Positions 63,801-64,000 of a stretch of 64,000 nucleotides of DNA are shown here, piece by piece (the first letter of the stretch is position 1; each line of letters starts with the position of its first letter). Source of the DNA: Heterodontus francisci (taxonomy: Eukaryota); assembly GCF_036365525.1 (NCBI RefSeq), contig NW_027141721.1, positions 62,001 through 126,000 on the forward strand, in the 5' to 3' direction. The notes beneath the pieces were generated by a model. It was not told where the DNA came from and did not search any database. It saw only the letters and a program-made list of their open reading frames with translations. A program made the position numbers and the translations under genes.

Positions 63801-63861
63801 TGCAGCAGTTACTTCGTTTATGAGTTGAAGTCCTTGTTTTATTGCGCTGCGTATTGTACAG
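57875..63861 (+). CDS. Uromodulin/GP2/OIT3-like secreted protein with tandem D10C (D8C) modules; 5' part only, probably continues past the window
   Basis: Exons 57875-57908 (MWTLLIILGYL), 59840-59984, 60138-60214, 60309-60473, 63232-63376, 63529-63605, 63700-63861; all GT-AG and in frame; motifs DPCVNHTVLDQPWRS, GWYRF, C-ST-x-x-TGWL-x-GSHP, YFVYEL..YCT. Confidence 0.88.
58000..59450. mobile_element. L2-type LINE fragments (intronic)
   Basis: Minus-strand LLELSAAFDTIHH RT motif; plus-strand L2 3' end. Confidence 0.7.
60790..62110 (-). mobile_element. LINE fragment (endonuclease-RT region, intronic)
   Basis: GPDNIPEVELKTCAPEL..NYRPISLLSIISKMME..QFGFR; PTRGENILDFILT..SDH. Confidence 0.8.
62115..63120. 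repeat. G-rich ~23-bp minisatellite (intronic)
   Basis: Unit approximately GTGACTGAGGGGAGTGGGATGCA. Confidence 0.9.
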
Positions 63862-64000
63862 GTACATTGATGCTTCTATATCATCCAGAGGGTGATTCTG
63901 GGATGTCCCGTGTCACCCACAGAAATGAGACGGTTTACTCACTCCCCTCCTTATTGTCAGGGACACAGTGAATAAAGGATCTGAAACACAAAGTGTACTT

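Overview
Eukaryotic, repeat-rich DNA from a cartilaginous fish (shark-type tRNA-SINE and CR1/L2/RTE LINE content). Positions ~1.8-53 kb are part of a germline T-cell receptor beta (TRB) variable-gene array on the minus strand. I read 17 V segments or remnants, each followed by a 23-bp-spacer RSS: 9 intact with leader, 1 open V exon with degenerate motifs and no intact leader found, and 7 pseudogenes or remnants. There is also an orphan leader exon and an orphan RSS. No D, J or C segments were seen. From ~57.3 kb a plus-strand gene starts that encodes a signal peptide and tandem uromodulin/GP2/OIT3-type D10C (D8C) modules. Main points of interest: (1) a 45-bp minisatellite whose unit carries a CTCF-consensus motif sits ~40 bp downstream of the RSS of one V family, in 17, 6, 3 and 1 copies; (2) a perfect AP-1 site overlaps the heptamer of the CAW-type V RSSs; (3) one V has a very short CDR2 bracketed by two Cys; (4) the tandem D10C modules differ mainly in two coding patches; (5) a LINE-mediated tandem duplication includes a deletion starting at an RSS heptamer. 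Family labels A-G are my own. Coordinates were counted by hand; repeat boundaries are approximate.
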